Assembly (NCBI GenBank): GCA_036570185.1
Contig: DATCPH010000076.1
Coordinates: 2,322 to 66,321 of the forward strand
Direction: 5' to 3'
Length of the DNA stretch: 64,000 nt
Source of the DNA: Candidatus Limnocylindrales bacterium
Lineage (GTDB): Bacteria; Chloroflexota; Limnocylindria; Limnocylindrales; CSP1-4
The position numbers and the translations under genes were made by a program. Shown in pieces: positions 28,879 to 38,500 of this stretch (its first letter is position 1; each line of letters starts with the position of its first letter). The notes below the pieces were generated by a model, which had not been told where the DNA came from, ran no database searches, and was given only the letters and a program-made list of their open reading frames with translations.

Positions 28879-29672
28879 GGCCCCGTCTCCAGCGCGGCGG
28901 CGACCCGTGATTCCGTTGGTACCGATGTTACGGCGGCGATCGCGTACCGGTGGCGCAGGAAGGCGTACGCGATGTAGACCGGTCGAAGGCCCGCGCGTGC
29001 CATCAGGCCCTTCATTTCCGACGGGGTGTAAGCCCGGAGCACCGAGAGGGGAGCGTCGTGGCGGGTGAGCCGGTTGCGAGTTGCGAGTCGACCCAGCAGC
29101 CAGGCGCCGATCCAGCCGAGCCGGCTGCGGCTCAGATCGTTGACGATCACCCCGACCCGAGCGACGCGCCGCATCTCGGCGAGGAACCGCACCGCCTCAT
29201 CCGGCTGGAGATGGTGGAGGACGAGTGAAGCGTGGACGACGTCGTGGCTGCCGTTCGACGCGCTCAGGGCCTGACCGTCGCCGACTGCAAGTCGCAGTCC
29301 CTCCGCGTCTCGTACGCCAGGATCCAGGCGGCGCGCGGCCTCGATGACCTCGGGGCGACTGTCGATCGCCGTGATCGACAGCGGTGGGTGTCCTTCGCCA
29401 CCGGCCGATCGCGCCAGGGCGAGCGGAATGTCGGCGGCACCCGTGCCGACGTCGAGGAAGCTGACCATCCCGGATCGTCGCCCGACGAGGGCCGCCAGCG
29501 CTCGACGGCTCAACTCGACACCGCCAAGCCAGCGGTTGATGCGCCGGAGGTCGCGCAGGTTGCCAGCAAGCGCGACGGGATCATCCAGCGGACCGTCCAG
29601 CAACTCGGCAGTACCGGCGAGTCGGCGCATCGCGAATCCATCCAACCTCGGATCGAGGCCCGTCCGATCCAT
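28875..29672 (-). CDS. Class I SAM-dependent methyltransferase. The start is uncertain and could be 29753.
   Basis: 'FLDVGTGAADIPLALA' (motif I), 'VHASLVLHHL' and 'GVIVNDLSR'. Confidence 0.7.
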   Translation of the reverse strand: MDRTGLDPRLDGFAMRRLAGTAELLDGPLDDPVALAGNLRDLRRINRWLGGVELSRRALAALVGRRSGMVSFLDVGTGAADIPLALARSAGGEGHPPLSITAIDSRPEVIEAARRLDPGVRDAEGLRLAVGDGQALSASNGSHDVVHASLVLHHLQPDEAVRFLAEMRRVARVGVIVNDLSRSRLGWIGAWLLGRLATRNRLTRHDAPLSVLRAYTPSEMKGLMARAGLRPVYIAYAFLRHRYAIAAVTSVPTESRVAAALETGP

Positions 29673-29792
29673 GGTGGCCAAGGCTACATCTCGCGACGCA
29701 TCGAGCCACTCAGCGCCCGGTCGAGCTTCGCGAGGCCTGATCGAGCCAAGCACTCACTGGACAACCGGAGCGTCGCGGGCGACGATCGGTCG

Positions 29793-30338
29793 ATGGTCGT
29801 TCCAGGAGTTCCAGACATCCCAGTGCTACGCGGAGAGCGCGTCGTCCTGCGCCCGCTTCGCGAGGACGATCGCCCGCGTCTCCGCGAGATCCTCGCGGAG
29901 CCATCGGTCGCGATCTGGTGGGACACGCGCGGGCCGGACGTCAGCCTCGATGAGCTGTACGCGGAGAGCCAGGACGCGGCAAGCGGGGTGACGCCCTTTG
30001 CGATCGATCTCGACGGCGAGCTGATCGGCACGATCGAGTACTACGAGAAGAGCGAGCCCGATTACCGCCACGCCAGCATCGACCTGTTGGTCGACACGGC
30101 CCACCAGAATCAGGGTTTCGGGTCCGAGGCGATCCGGACCCTGGCGCATTACCTGTTCGAGGTCCGGGGCCACCACCGGCTGACCATCGATCCGGCGGTT
30201 GCCAACGAGCGCGCCGTCCGAGCGTATGGTCGGGTCGGATTCCGCCCGGTCGGGATCATGCGGGACTACGAGCGCGGCCTCGACGGCTCCTGGCACGACG
30301 GCCTGCTGATGGACATGCTCCCCGGGGAACTCACGTAG
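29793..30338 (+). CDS. GNAT-family N-acetyltransferase
   Basis: '...HQNQGFGSEAIRTLAHYLFE...' is the GNAT acetyl-CoA motif. ATG at 29793 inside ORF 29232..30338. Confidence 0.75.
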   Translation: MVVPGVPDIPVLRGERVVLRPLREDDRPRLREILAEPSVAIWWDTRGPDVSLDELYAESQDAASGVTPFAIDLDGELIGTIEYYEKSEPDYRHASIDLLVDTAHQNQGFGSEAIRTLAHYLFEVRGHHRLTIDPAVANERAVRAYGRVGFRPVGIMRDYERGLDGSWHDGLLMDMLPGELT

Positions 30339-30465
30339 CCCGACCCCTGAATCTGAGCCCGTGCGCGAGACGAAACGCGTCTCGCGGCCGATCCGGGCCG
30401 AACCGCCTTAGCCCGAACGTCGAGTCTGCCGGCGCCCCAGCCGGTATTCGACGGAGGGCCTGGCG

Positions 30466-30975
30466 ATGTTCGACAGCACCTACCCGGCGTTCGAAGGCGC
30501 GTACGCGGCCCACAGGATGCCCCTGTTTCGATGGCTCGTCGCGACGACGCGCGATGCTGACATGGCAGAGGACGTCACGCAGGAGGCGTTCATCCGGCTC
30601 GCCCGCGAGCTGGACGCCGGACGGCCGCCGGACAACGCCGGCGCCTGGCTGCACCGCGTCGCCGCCAACCTCGTGGTCAGCGCAGCACGTCACCGCGTGG
30701 TCGTCGACCGCGCCGCTGACCGTCTGCCGTCGCCGTCGGAGTACCCCTCGCCCGAGGGCCTGGTCGTCGAAACGGAACGGTTCACTGCCCTTCGGGCTGC
30801 ACTTGCCGAGCTGTCCCCCGTCGAGCGGCAGGCGGTGCTCCTCTCCGCCCAGGGCTTTCTCGGATCGGAGATCGCGGCGCGAAGCGGCCGATCCGAGGCG
30901 GCAGTGAGGACCCTCATCTGCCGGACGCGCGCAAAGCTGCGGGCTCGGCTCTCGACCGAGGGCCTCGCCGCCTAG
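30466..30975 (+). CDS. ECF-type RNA polymerase sigma-70 factor
   Basis: Region 2 'DVTQEAFIRLAREL' and region 4 'LSPVERQAVLLSAQGFLGSEIAARSGRSEAAVRTLICRTRAKLR'. Confidence 0.85.
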   Translation: MFDSTYPAFEGAYAAHRMPLFRWLVATTRDADMAEDVTQEAFIRLARELDAGRPPDNAGAWLHRVAANLVVSAARHRVVVDRAADRLPSPSEYPSPEGLVVETERFTALRAALAELSPVERQAVLLSAQGFLGSEIAARSGRSEAAVRTLICRTRAKLRARLSTEGLAA

Positions 30976-31025
30976 TTCGAACTCTCGCCAGCCGACGAGC
31001 CATCCAGGGCAGCGGGCCTGCTCGT

Positions 31026-34000
31026 ATGCGGCTGCGAATCTCAGCCCGATTCGGGTCGAGAAACGGGGGGTTGCGGCCGTATCATCGGCGCGCTGTGGTC
31101 GAGGCCGCCGGACGTCGAGCGTTCATCGGACGGGACGCTGAACTGACCCGTCTCCGCGGCCTCTTCGCGGTCGCGAGCGCCGGCGATGCGCGAGCCCTCG
31201 TGATCGGCGGCGAAGCCGGCGTCGGAAAGACACTACTCGTCAGCCGGTTCACGCAAGAGGCCGCCCTTGGCGGCGCAACGGTCCTGACGGGCGCCTGTCT
31301 CGAGGTCGGTGCCGGAGGCATCCCCTACGCGCCATTCGTCGAGGCGCTCCGAGCCCTGGTTCGAGCCACCGACCCGGCGCGGCTGCCGGCGCTGCTGGGT
31401 CCGGGTCGCGGCGAGCTCTCCCGACTCCTTCCGGAACTGGCGGCCCGAAAGGCCGAAGTGCCCGCGCCCGAGCCGGATGCGACCGCCCAGAACCGCCTCT
31501 TCGAGCTGATCCTCGGGGTCGTCGAGCGACTGGCGGCGGCTTCTCCGGTCGTGATCGTCGTCGATGACCTGCAATGGGCGGATCGGCCATCGCGCGATCT
31601 CCTGGGGTTCCTGATCCGCGGCCTGCGGTCGGCGCGCGTCCTGACGGTTCTGACCGCACGCAGCGAAGATCTCGCGGGCCGCTCTTCGGTCCTCGGGTTC
31701 GTCGCGGAACTGGAGCGCGACGACAACGTCGAACGGCTCGAGTTGCGCCGCTTCGGCCGAGCCGAGGTCGCGCGCCAGGTGGCGGCCCTGACGGGAGGGG
31801 AAGCGGATCCGCGATTGGTCGATCGCGTCTTCGAGCGCAGCGATGGCAATCCCTTCTACGCGGAACAGCTGGTCGCGTCAGTCGAGGCCGGTGATGGCGG
31901 GGACCTTCCGCCGCGGCTTCAGGACATCCTTCTCGCCCGGATCGCCGAGCTGTCGCCGGCAGCCCAGGAGGTCCTTCGCGCGGCCTCGGCCGCGGGCCGC
32001 CGTCTCGATGACCAGCTCCTGGGAGCGGCCGTCGAGCTGACGCCGCGCCAGCTTCGCGAGCGCCTTCGGGAAGTCGTTGCGAGCGGCATCCTGGTGCCGG
32101 TCGCGGGCGCCGACGGGCAGCCCGCCTACGCCTTCCGGCACGCACTCCTCCAGGAGGTTGTCTATCGAGAGCTCTTCGCCGGCGAGCGCGTGCGACTCCA
32201 CGCAGCGTTTGCGGCCGCGCTCGAGGCGCGCGGCGAGACCGACAGCACGGCAGTCGAGCCCGCAGAGCTTGCCTATCACTGGGACCTTGCGAGGGAGCCC
32301 ACGAAAGCCCTGCCGACCATCGTCGCGGCGGCTCGGGCGGCCGAACGGGTGTACGCCTATTCGGTCGCGCTGCGGCATTTCGAACGGGCCCTCGAGCTCT
32401 GGCCGCGGGTCCCGAACGCGAATTGGATCGTCCCGGGCGGCCAGGTCGACCTGATCCGGGGCGCGGCCGAGGCCGCCATGCTGGCCGGAGATGGCAAGCG
32501 GGCGATCGAGTTCGGGCGCGCCGCCCTCAACGCGGTGGATTCCACAGCGGATCCGGGTCGCGCCGCGGTCCTCCAGGAACGGCTTCGCTGGTTCCTGTGG
32601 GAGGCAGGCGAGCGGCGCGCCGCCGAGGAGGCCGTGCGAGCGGCGGAACGCCTGATCCCCATCGAGCCTCCGTCGGCGGCTCGGGCGGGAGTTCTTGCGC
32701 ACCTCGCCGGGATCGAGCTGTTCAGCGGCCAGTACGCGGAGTCGCGCGACCACGCTCGGGAAGCGGTCCGGGTGGCGCGTGTGGCGGGGGCTGCCAACGA
32801 GCAGGCACTGGGACTCGGCATCCTGGGATGGGATGAAGCGGTCCTCGGGGACGTCGAGTCTGGCGTCGCAACCTTCCAGGAAGGGCAGCGGATCGCCGAG
32901 ACGTTCGGCTCGGTCGAGGGGATCGCTCTCGGCGCAACGAATCTCGCGTCGCTCTTCGATCGCGTCGGCCGAACCGCCGACGCATTGGACGTCGCGCTGA
33001 AGGGGTTCGAGGCGATGCGCCGTCTCGGGGTCGAACGGACGTACGGCGGCCTGCTCCTTGGTTATGCGGCAAAGGCCGAGTTCGTCCTCGGCCGTTGGGA
33101 CGAGGCGGACCAGACGACTGCCGGCGCCCTCGGTCGCGGGGCTCAGGGCCGCCCAGCCCTCTGGTTGCTCATCAACCGCGCTCGGCTCCTGACGGGACGC
33201 GGCCGCTTCAATGAAGCTGCCGAAGGCCTGAGCCGTGCCCGTTCAATCGAGGAAGACCTGGGTGGCACCGAGTTCTGGTCGCCACTGCTCGAAGCGATCG
33301 GCGAGCTCGGCGCCTGGCAGGGGCGGCCCGAGGCGGTGCGGCCGGCCGCCGATGAGGGTTTGCGGCGGGCGCTCGAATCGGGGCCGCCGGACCCGGCGCT
33401 GGCGTGGCTCGCGGCACTGGCGTTGCGGGCCGAGGCGGACGTCGCCGAGCAGGCGCGCTCTCGCCGCGACGAGGCCAGCGTCGCGGAGGCCCGACGCCGC
33501 GGCGCGGAGCTGATGGCGCGGATCCGTCGGGCGATCCCGGCCCTCGAGGCGGAGTCCGGCCGTGGTGCAGCCGACAGTCAGGAAGCATTCGGGGTAACTG
33601 ACCGTGCGCGCACGGCGGCCCTGTCACGCCTGTGCGACGCCGAGTACGAGCGACTCGAGGGCAAGAACCTCGCGGCGTCATGGGCAGCCGTCGCGGACGC
33701 CTGGACGTCGGCCGGTCGACCGTTTCCCACCGCATACGCCCGGTGGCGCCAGGCAGAAGCCGTCCTCGAAGGGGGAGGCCAGCGCGCCGACGCGAGGCCC
33801 GCCCTGCAAGAGGCGATGGCGATCGCCGATCGGCTCAGCGCCCAACCGCTTGCAACCGAGGTCGGACTTCTGGCCCGCCGCGCCCGGATCAATCTCGCCG
33901 GCGGGGAGGCGGGCGCCGAACAGGCCACGCTCGACGCCGGAGCCTTGACGGTCGACACCACCGCCCCATACGCATTTACCGCCCGCGAGCAGGAGGTGCT

Positions 34001-34214
34001 CCGACTCGTCGCCGGCGGCTGGACGAACCAGCAGATCGCGGACGCGCTCTTCATCAGTCGGAAGACCGCGAGCGTCCACGTCTCGAACATCCTGGGGAAG
34101 CTCGGTGTCGGCTCTCGGACCGAAGCGGCCGCGGTCGCCCACCGTCTCGGGCTCGGCCGCGACGCTCCGTCGCCGCCCGATTCGGTGGCTTCTGCGGGCG
34201 TCGCGGGTCGGTAA
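31026..34214 (+). CDS. LAL-type (large ATP-binding LuxR) transcriptional regulator
   Basis: N-terminal P-loop 'GEAGVGKT' and 'VVIVVDDLQWAD', a long helical/TPR-like middle, and a C-terminal LuxR HTH 'LTAREQEVLRLVAGGWTNQQIADALFISRKTASVHVSNILGKLGV'. Confidence 0.85.
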   Translation: MRLRISARFGSRNGGLRPYHRRAVVEAAGRRAFIGRDAELTRLRGLFAVASAGDARALVIGGEAGVGKTLLVSRFTQEAALGGATVLTGACLEVGAGGIPYAPFVEALRALVRATDPARLPALLGPGRGELSRLLPELAARKAEVPAPEPDATAQNRLFELILGVVERLAAASPVVIVVDDLQWADRPSRDLLGFLIRGLRSARVLTVLTARSEDLAGRSSVLGFVAELERDDNVERLELRRFGRAEVARQVAALTGGEADPRLVDRVFERSDGNPFYAEQLVASVEAGDGGDLPPRLQDILLARIAELSPAAQEVLRAASAAGRRLDDQLLGAAVELTPRQLRERLREVVASGILVPVAGADGQPAYAFRHALLQEVVYRELFAGERVRLHAAFAAALEARGETDSTAVEPAELAYHWDLAREPTKALPTIVAAARAAERVYAYSVALRHFERALELWPRVPNANWIVPGGQVDLIRGAAEAAMLAGDGKRAIEFGRAALNAVDSTADPGRAAVLQERLRWFLWEAGERRAAEEAVRAAERLIPIEPPSAARAGVLAHLAGIELFSGQYAESRDHAREAVRVARVAGAANEQALGLGILGWDEAVLGDVESGVATFQEGQRIAETFGSVEGIALGATNLASLFDRVGRTADALDVALKGFEAMRRLGVERTYGGLLLGYAAKAEFVLGRWDEADQTTAGALGRGAQGRPALWLLINRARLLTGRGRFNEAAEGLSRARSIEEDLGGTEFWSPLLEAIGELGAWQGRPEAVRPAADEGLRRALESGPPDPALAWLAALALRAEADVAEQARSRRDEASVAEARRRGAELMARIRRAIPALEAESGRGAADSQEAFGVTDRARTAALSRLCDAEYERLEGKNLAASWAAVADAWTSAGRPFPTAYARWRQAEAVLEGGGQRADARPALQEAMAIADRLSAQPLATEVGLLARRARINLAGGEAGAEQATLDAGALTVDTTAPYAFTAREQEVLRLVAGGWTNQQIADALFISRKTASVHVSNILGKLGVGSRTEAAAVAHRLGLGRDAPSPPDSVASAGVAGR

Positions 34215-34244
34215 TCTACGGTACCCTTGGCCCGTCCTTGAGAG

Positions 34245-34284
34245 CCGGTCCCGTGAGGCCGGCGTACCGGTCCAGAGAGGCCGG
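34245..34284 (+). promoter_or_regulatory. Two tandem PyrR-binding-loop-like RNA motifs in the carA leader
   Basis: 'GGUCCCGUGAGGCCGG' (34245-34262) and 'GGUCCAGAGAGGCCGG' (34267-34284) both match the PyrR binding-loop consensus UCCNGNGAGG. The second sits immediately 5' of the SD 'UAAGGAGG'. Confidence 0.55.
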
Positions 34285-34304
34285 GTAAGGAGGCTCGATC
34301 GACC

Positions 34305-34343
34305 GTGTCCGGGTCAGTCCGCACCCACGTGTCTCCCCCGTGA
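34305..34343 (+). CDS. 12-codon leader uORF (MSGSVRTHVSPP), translationally coupled to carA
   Basis: A GTG 11 nt after the SD 'taaggagg' (34286-34293). Its TGA stop overlaps the carA GTG start as GTGA at 34340-34343. Confidence 0.35.
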   Translation: MSGSVRTHVSPP

Positions 34344-35524
34344 CGGCGCCGTCGATCGTTCCGCCGCTTCCGTGGTCAGATTCCGTCGTCGATCCGCGCG
34401 TCGGCAACCTTGGGCCGGCCCTCCTCGCCCTCGAAGACGGAACCGTCTTCCGTGGCGTCGCGTTCGGAGCGCCGGTCTCGGCCGGCGGCGACCTCGTCGC
34501 GAACACAAGCCAGACGGGCTACCAGGAAGTCTGCACAGATCCCTCGTACGCGGGCCAGGTCGTCGCGATGACCTACCCCCTCATCGGCAACTACGGGCGT
34601 CTGGAGGAGGACGACCAGAGCCTCCGGCCGTGGCTCCGGGGCCTCGTCGTGGCCACTGCGACCGCGGCCGTCCTCGAGGATGCTCGCCAGCTCGCGACGC
34701 TTCTGCGCGAGGCGGGGATCCCGGCCATCGCCGGTGTCGATACGCGGACGCTGGCCCGCCACCTCCGCGCGACGGGCTGCCTGCGCGGCGTCCTGACAGC
34801 GCCCGGCGAGGCCGATGAGGAGGCCGCGGTGGCGGCGGCGCGTGCGGTCGTCCGATGGGAGGACCAGGACTTCGTCTCGGAAGTCTCGCCGGCGGCGGTT
34901 GCCGACTTCGGCGACGCGGCCGAGGGCGGACCGCTTGTGGCGATCGTCGATTACGGGCTCAAGTCGAACATTGTGCGATCCCTGCGCCGCCGCGGCGCGC
35001 GGGTTCGGGTCCTGCCGCACACGGCAACCACCGCCGATGTCCTGGCGGCCGACGTGAGTGGCGTGATCCTCTCACCGGGGCCGGGCGATCCCGCGCGCCT
35101 CGAAGGACCGACGGCCATCGCCCGGGCAGCGATCGCGGACGGCCGGCCACTCCTCGGTATCTGCCTCGGCCACCAGGTCGTCGCGCGAGCGGCCGGCGCC
35201 GAGACGCGCCGCCTCCGTTTCGGGCATCACGGTGCGAACCACCCCGTTCGCGACCTCGACAGCGGGCTCGTCCAGGTCACCGCCCAGAATCACGAGGTCC
35301 AGGTCATGGCCGAGTCATTGCCGGCCGGCAGCGGGTTCCGCGTGAGCCAGGTAAACCTGAACGACGGCTCGGTCGAGGGGTTGCGCCATGCCAGGCTGCC
35401 GATCGAGACCGTCCAGTACCACCCGGAGGGCGGTCCCGGACCGCTCGACGCGCTGGCCGTCTTCGATCGCTTTGTCGCGGCCGCATCGACATACGCCGGG
35501 ATGGGCGGAACATCGCCACGGTGA
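34340..35524 (+). CDS. carA: Carbamoyl-phosphate synthase small (glutaminase) subunit
   Basis: 'ALLALEDGTVFRGVAFGA...VFNTSQTGYQE...' in the N-terminal domain, and class I GATase 'GICLGHQ'. GTG start. Confidence 0.9.
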   Translation: MTAPSIVPPLPWSDSVVDPRVGNLGPALLALEDGTVFRGVAFGAPVSAGGDLVANTSQTGYQEVCTDPSYAGQVVAMTYPLIGNYGRLEEDDQSLRPWLRGLVVATATAAVLEDARQLATLLREAGIPAIAGVDTRTLARHLRATGCLRGVLTAPGEADEEAAVAAARAVVRWEDQDFVSEVSPAAVADFGDAAEGGPLVAIVDYGLKSNIVRSLRRRGARVRVLPHTATTADVLAADVSGVILSPGPGDPARLEGPTAIARAAIADGRPLLGICLGHQVVARAAGAETRRLRFGHHGANHPVRDLDSGLVQVTAQNHEVQVMAESLPAGSGFRVSQVNLNDGSVEGLRHARLPIETVQYHPEGGPGPLDALAVFDRFVAAASTYAGMGGTSPR

Positions 35525-38500
35525 CGGTCGGCAAGCCCGAGTCGGTCCTGATCCTCGGATCGGGCCCGGTCGTCATCGGCCAGGCGGCAGAATTCGATTA
35601 CGCAGGAACCCAGGCCTGTCGCGCCCTGCGAGCGGACGGCGTCCGGACGATCCTGGTCAACTCCAATCCGGCCACGATCATGACCGACCCGTCCGTCGCC
35701 GACGTCGTCTACCTCGAGCCTCTGACCGTCGCGAGCGTGGAGGCGGTGATCGCCCGCGAGCGGCCCGAGGGACTCCTCGCCGGGCTCGGTGGCCAGACGG
35801 CGCTGAACCTGGCCATGGACCTCGCCCGGGCCGGCGTGTTGGATAGGTTTGGGGTGCGCCTCCTTGGGACGCCACTCGCCGCGATCGAGATGGCGGAGGA
35901 TCGCGAGGCCTTCCGATCCCTCCTGGACCGGATCGGGCAGCCTTACGCGCCGTCGGCGATCGTCGAGGGTGCCACGGAAGAGGAGCGCCGGGCTTCGGGG
36001 GACGCCGCCCTCGCGGAAATCGGCCTGCCGGCGATCATCCGGCCGGCATTCACGCTGGGCGGCACCGGCGGCGGCATCGTCGAGGCCGAAGACGCGTATC
36101 GGGAGCGCGTCCGGACCGGCCTGCGGACGAGCCCTATCGGGCAGGTCATGGTCGAGCGCTGCCTCGTCGGCTGGCAGGAGATCGAGTACGAGGTGATGCG
36201 CGACGCCGACGACACCTGCATCGCGGTGTGTGGCATGGAGAACGTCGATCCGCTGGGCGTCCATACCGGCGATTCGATCGTCGTCGCACCGATCCAGACC
36301 TTGCCTGACCAGGTCCACCAGCGGCTCCGCAGCGCGGCTCTGGCGATCATCCGGGCACTCGGCGTCGAGGGTGGCTGCAATGTCCAGTTCGCCCTCTCGC
36401 CGGACTTCAGCCGGTACGCCGTGATCGAGGTGAACCCGCGGGTCAGCCGCAGCTCCGCCCTCGCATCCAAGGCGACCGGCTACCCGATCGCGCGGGTCGC
36501 GGCCCAGATCGCCATCGGCCGGCGCCTGGCCGAGATTCCCAACGTCGTGACGGGCACCACCGTGGCCGCCTTCGAGCCGGCCCTCGACTACATCGTCGTG
36601 AAGCTGCCGCGCTTCCCGTTCGACAAGTTCCCGACCGCCGACCGTTCACTGGGGAGCCAGATGAAGGCGACGGGCGAGGTGATGGCGATCGACCGGACGT
36701 TCGGGGCGGCGCTCAACAAGGCGCTTCGCGGGCTCGAGCAGGCCGGCGCCGGGCCACTCGCCGAGGATCCGTCGTGGACGCCGACGTTCGACTACCTGGC
36801 GGCCGTCTACGGCCGGTTGCCGAACGACGACCCGGACGCCGCCGACGACGATGGGGGCGACGAGGACGCGCCGATCCGCTGGATCGACGAGACGGGCACG
36901 GCCTGCGAGTCCACGCGACACGCCCAACGGACCGCGGCGCCGATCGTCCTCCGCCGGTTCCTGGCGCCGTCCGATAGCCGGCTATGGCGGATTCTGGGGC
37001 TTCTCCGGCGCGGCATTCCGGATCGGGTGATCGTCGGCGCGACCGGGATCTCGCCGTGGTTCGTGACCGAGCTCCAGCGGAACGTGGCCCTCGAGGCCGC
37101 CGTCCGGGACGCCGGTGCGAGACTCATCGACCCCGCGGACATCGAGGCCGCGCGTCTCCTCGCGACGGTGAAGCGGGCGGGCTTCGGCGACCGCGAGCTC
37201 GCGGCGTTGGCCGGCACGACGGCCACGGCCCTGCGCGATACTCGCCTCGCTCTCGGGCTCGTGCCGGGCTACGCAATGGTCGACACCTGCGCCGCTGAGT
37301 TCGCGGCCGAAACACCGTATTTCTACGCAACGTATGGGGCCGCGGGCTCGACGCCCGAGGCGCCGCCGGTCAGCCGACCGGCGGCGCTCGTGATTGGCAG
37401 CGGGCCGGTCCGGATCGGGCAGGGGATCGAGTTCGATTACTGCGCCGTCCAGGCGGCGGATACGCTGCGGCGAGCGGGCTGGAGCGCGGTCATGATCAAT
37501 TCCAACCCCGAGACGGTCTCGACCGACTTCGACGCCTCGACGCGCCTTTACTTCGAGCCGCTCGACGCCGAGAGCGTGCGCTCCGTGATCGACGCGGAAT
37601 CGATTCCAGCGGGCGCTGGCGCCGGCGAGGGGCCCCCCGTCGGTCTCCCCGACGACGGGCTGCTGCCGGCGGTCGTCGCGTTCGGCGGCCAGACCCCCCT
37701 CAACTTGGCGGCCACGCTCGCGGCCGGTGGCGTGCCCCTCCTGGGCTCGCAGCTCGAGGCCATCGACCAGGCCGAGGAGCGGACGCGCTTCGCGGCCCTC
37801 CTCGATCGTCTCGGCATTCCGCAACCCGAAGGCGGCATGGCCCACTCGATCGAGGAAGCGCTGACACTCGCTGATCGGATCGGGTACCCGGTCATCGTCC
37901 GGCCGTCCTTCGTGATCGGAGGCCTCGCCATCGACTTCTGCTACTCGCCGGAGGACCTGGCGCGCCAGCTGACGGCTGCGACGGTCGTCGATCCCGATCG
38001 ACCGGTACGGATCGACCGTTACCTCGAGGGGGTCGAGGTGGACGTCGACGCGGTTAGCGATGGCGAGTCCGTCCTGATTCCGGGGCTGCTCGAGCACATC
38101 GAGCGCGCGGGGGTCCATTCGGGCGACTCCGTCGGGGTCTTCCCGCCCCAGACGGTCTCCGAGGGCGACCAGCAGCTCATCGTGTCGACGATGGAGCGCA
38201 TCGCCGTCGCCCTTGGCGTGCGAGGCCTGGTGAACGCCCAGTTCATCGTGCGTGACGACGGCGTCTACCTCATCGAGGTCAACCCCCGGGCCTCGCGGAC
38301 CGTCCCGTTCATGTCCAAGGTGACCGCGGTGCCGATGGTCGAGCTGGCCGTCAGGATCGCTCTCGGTGCGTCGCTCGCGGAGCTGGACCGGAGCGGCGGC
38401 CTCATCGAGCCGCCGCCGTTCGTCGCGGTCAAGGCACCCGTCTTTTCGACCGCCAAGTTGCGCGGGGTCGACCCCTCGGTCGGTCCCGGAATGCAGTCCA

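Noticed and set aside
34855..35520. 5' extension of the 1415-aa ORF across carA
   Set aside because: It is an out-of-frame read-through of carA with a Gly/Arg-rich junk translation. carB starts at the GTG at 35521, overlapping the carA stop.
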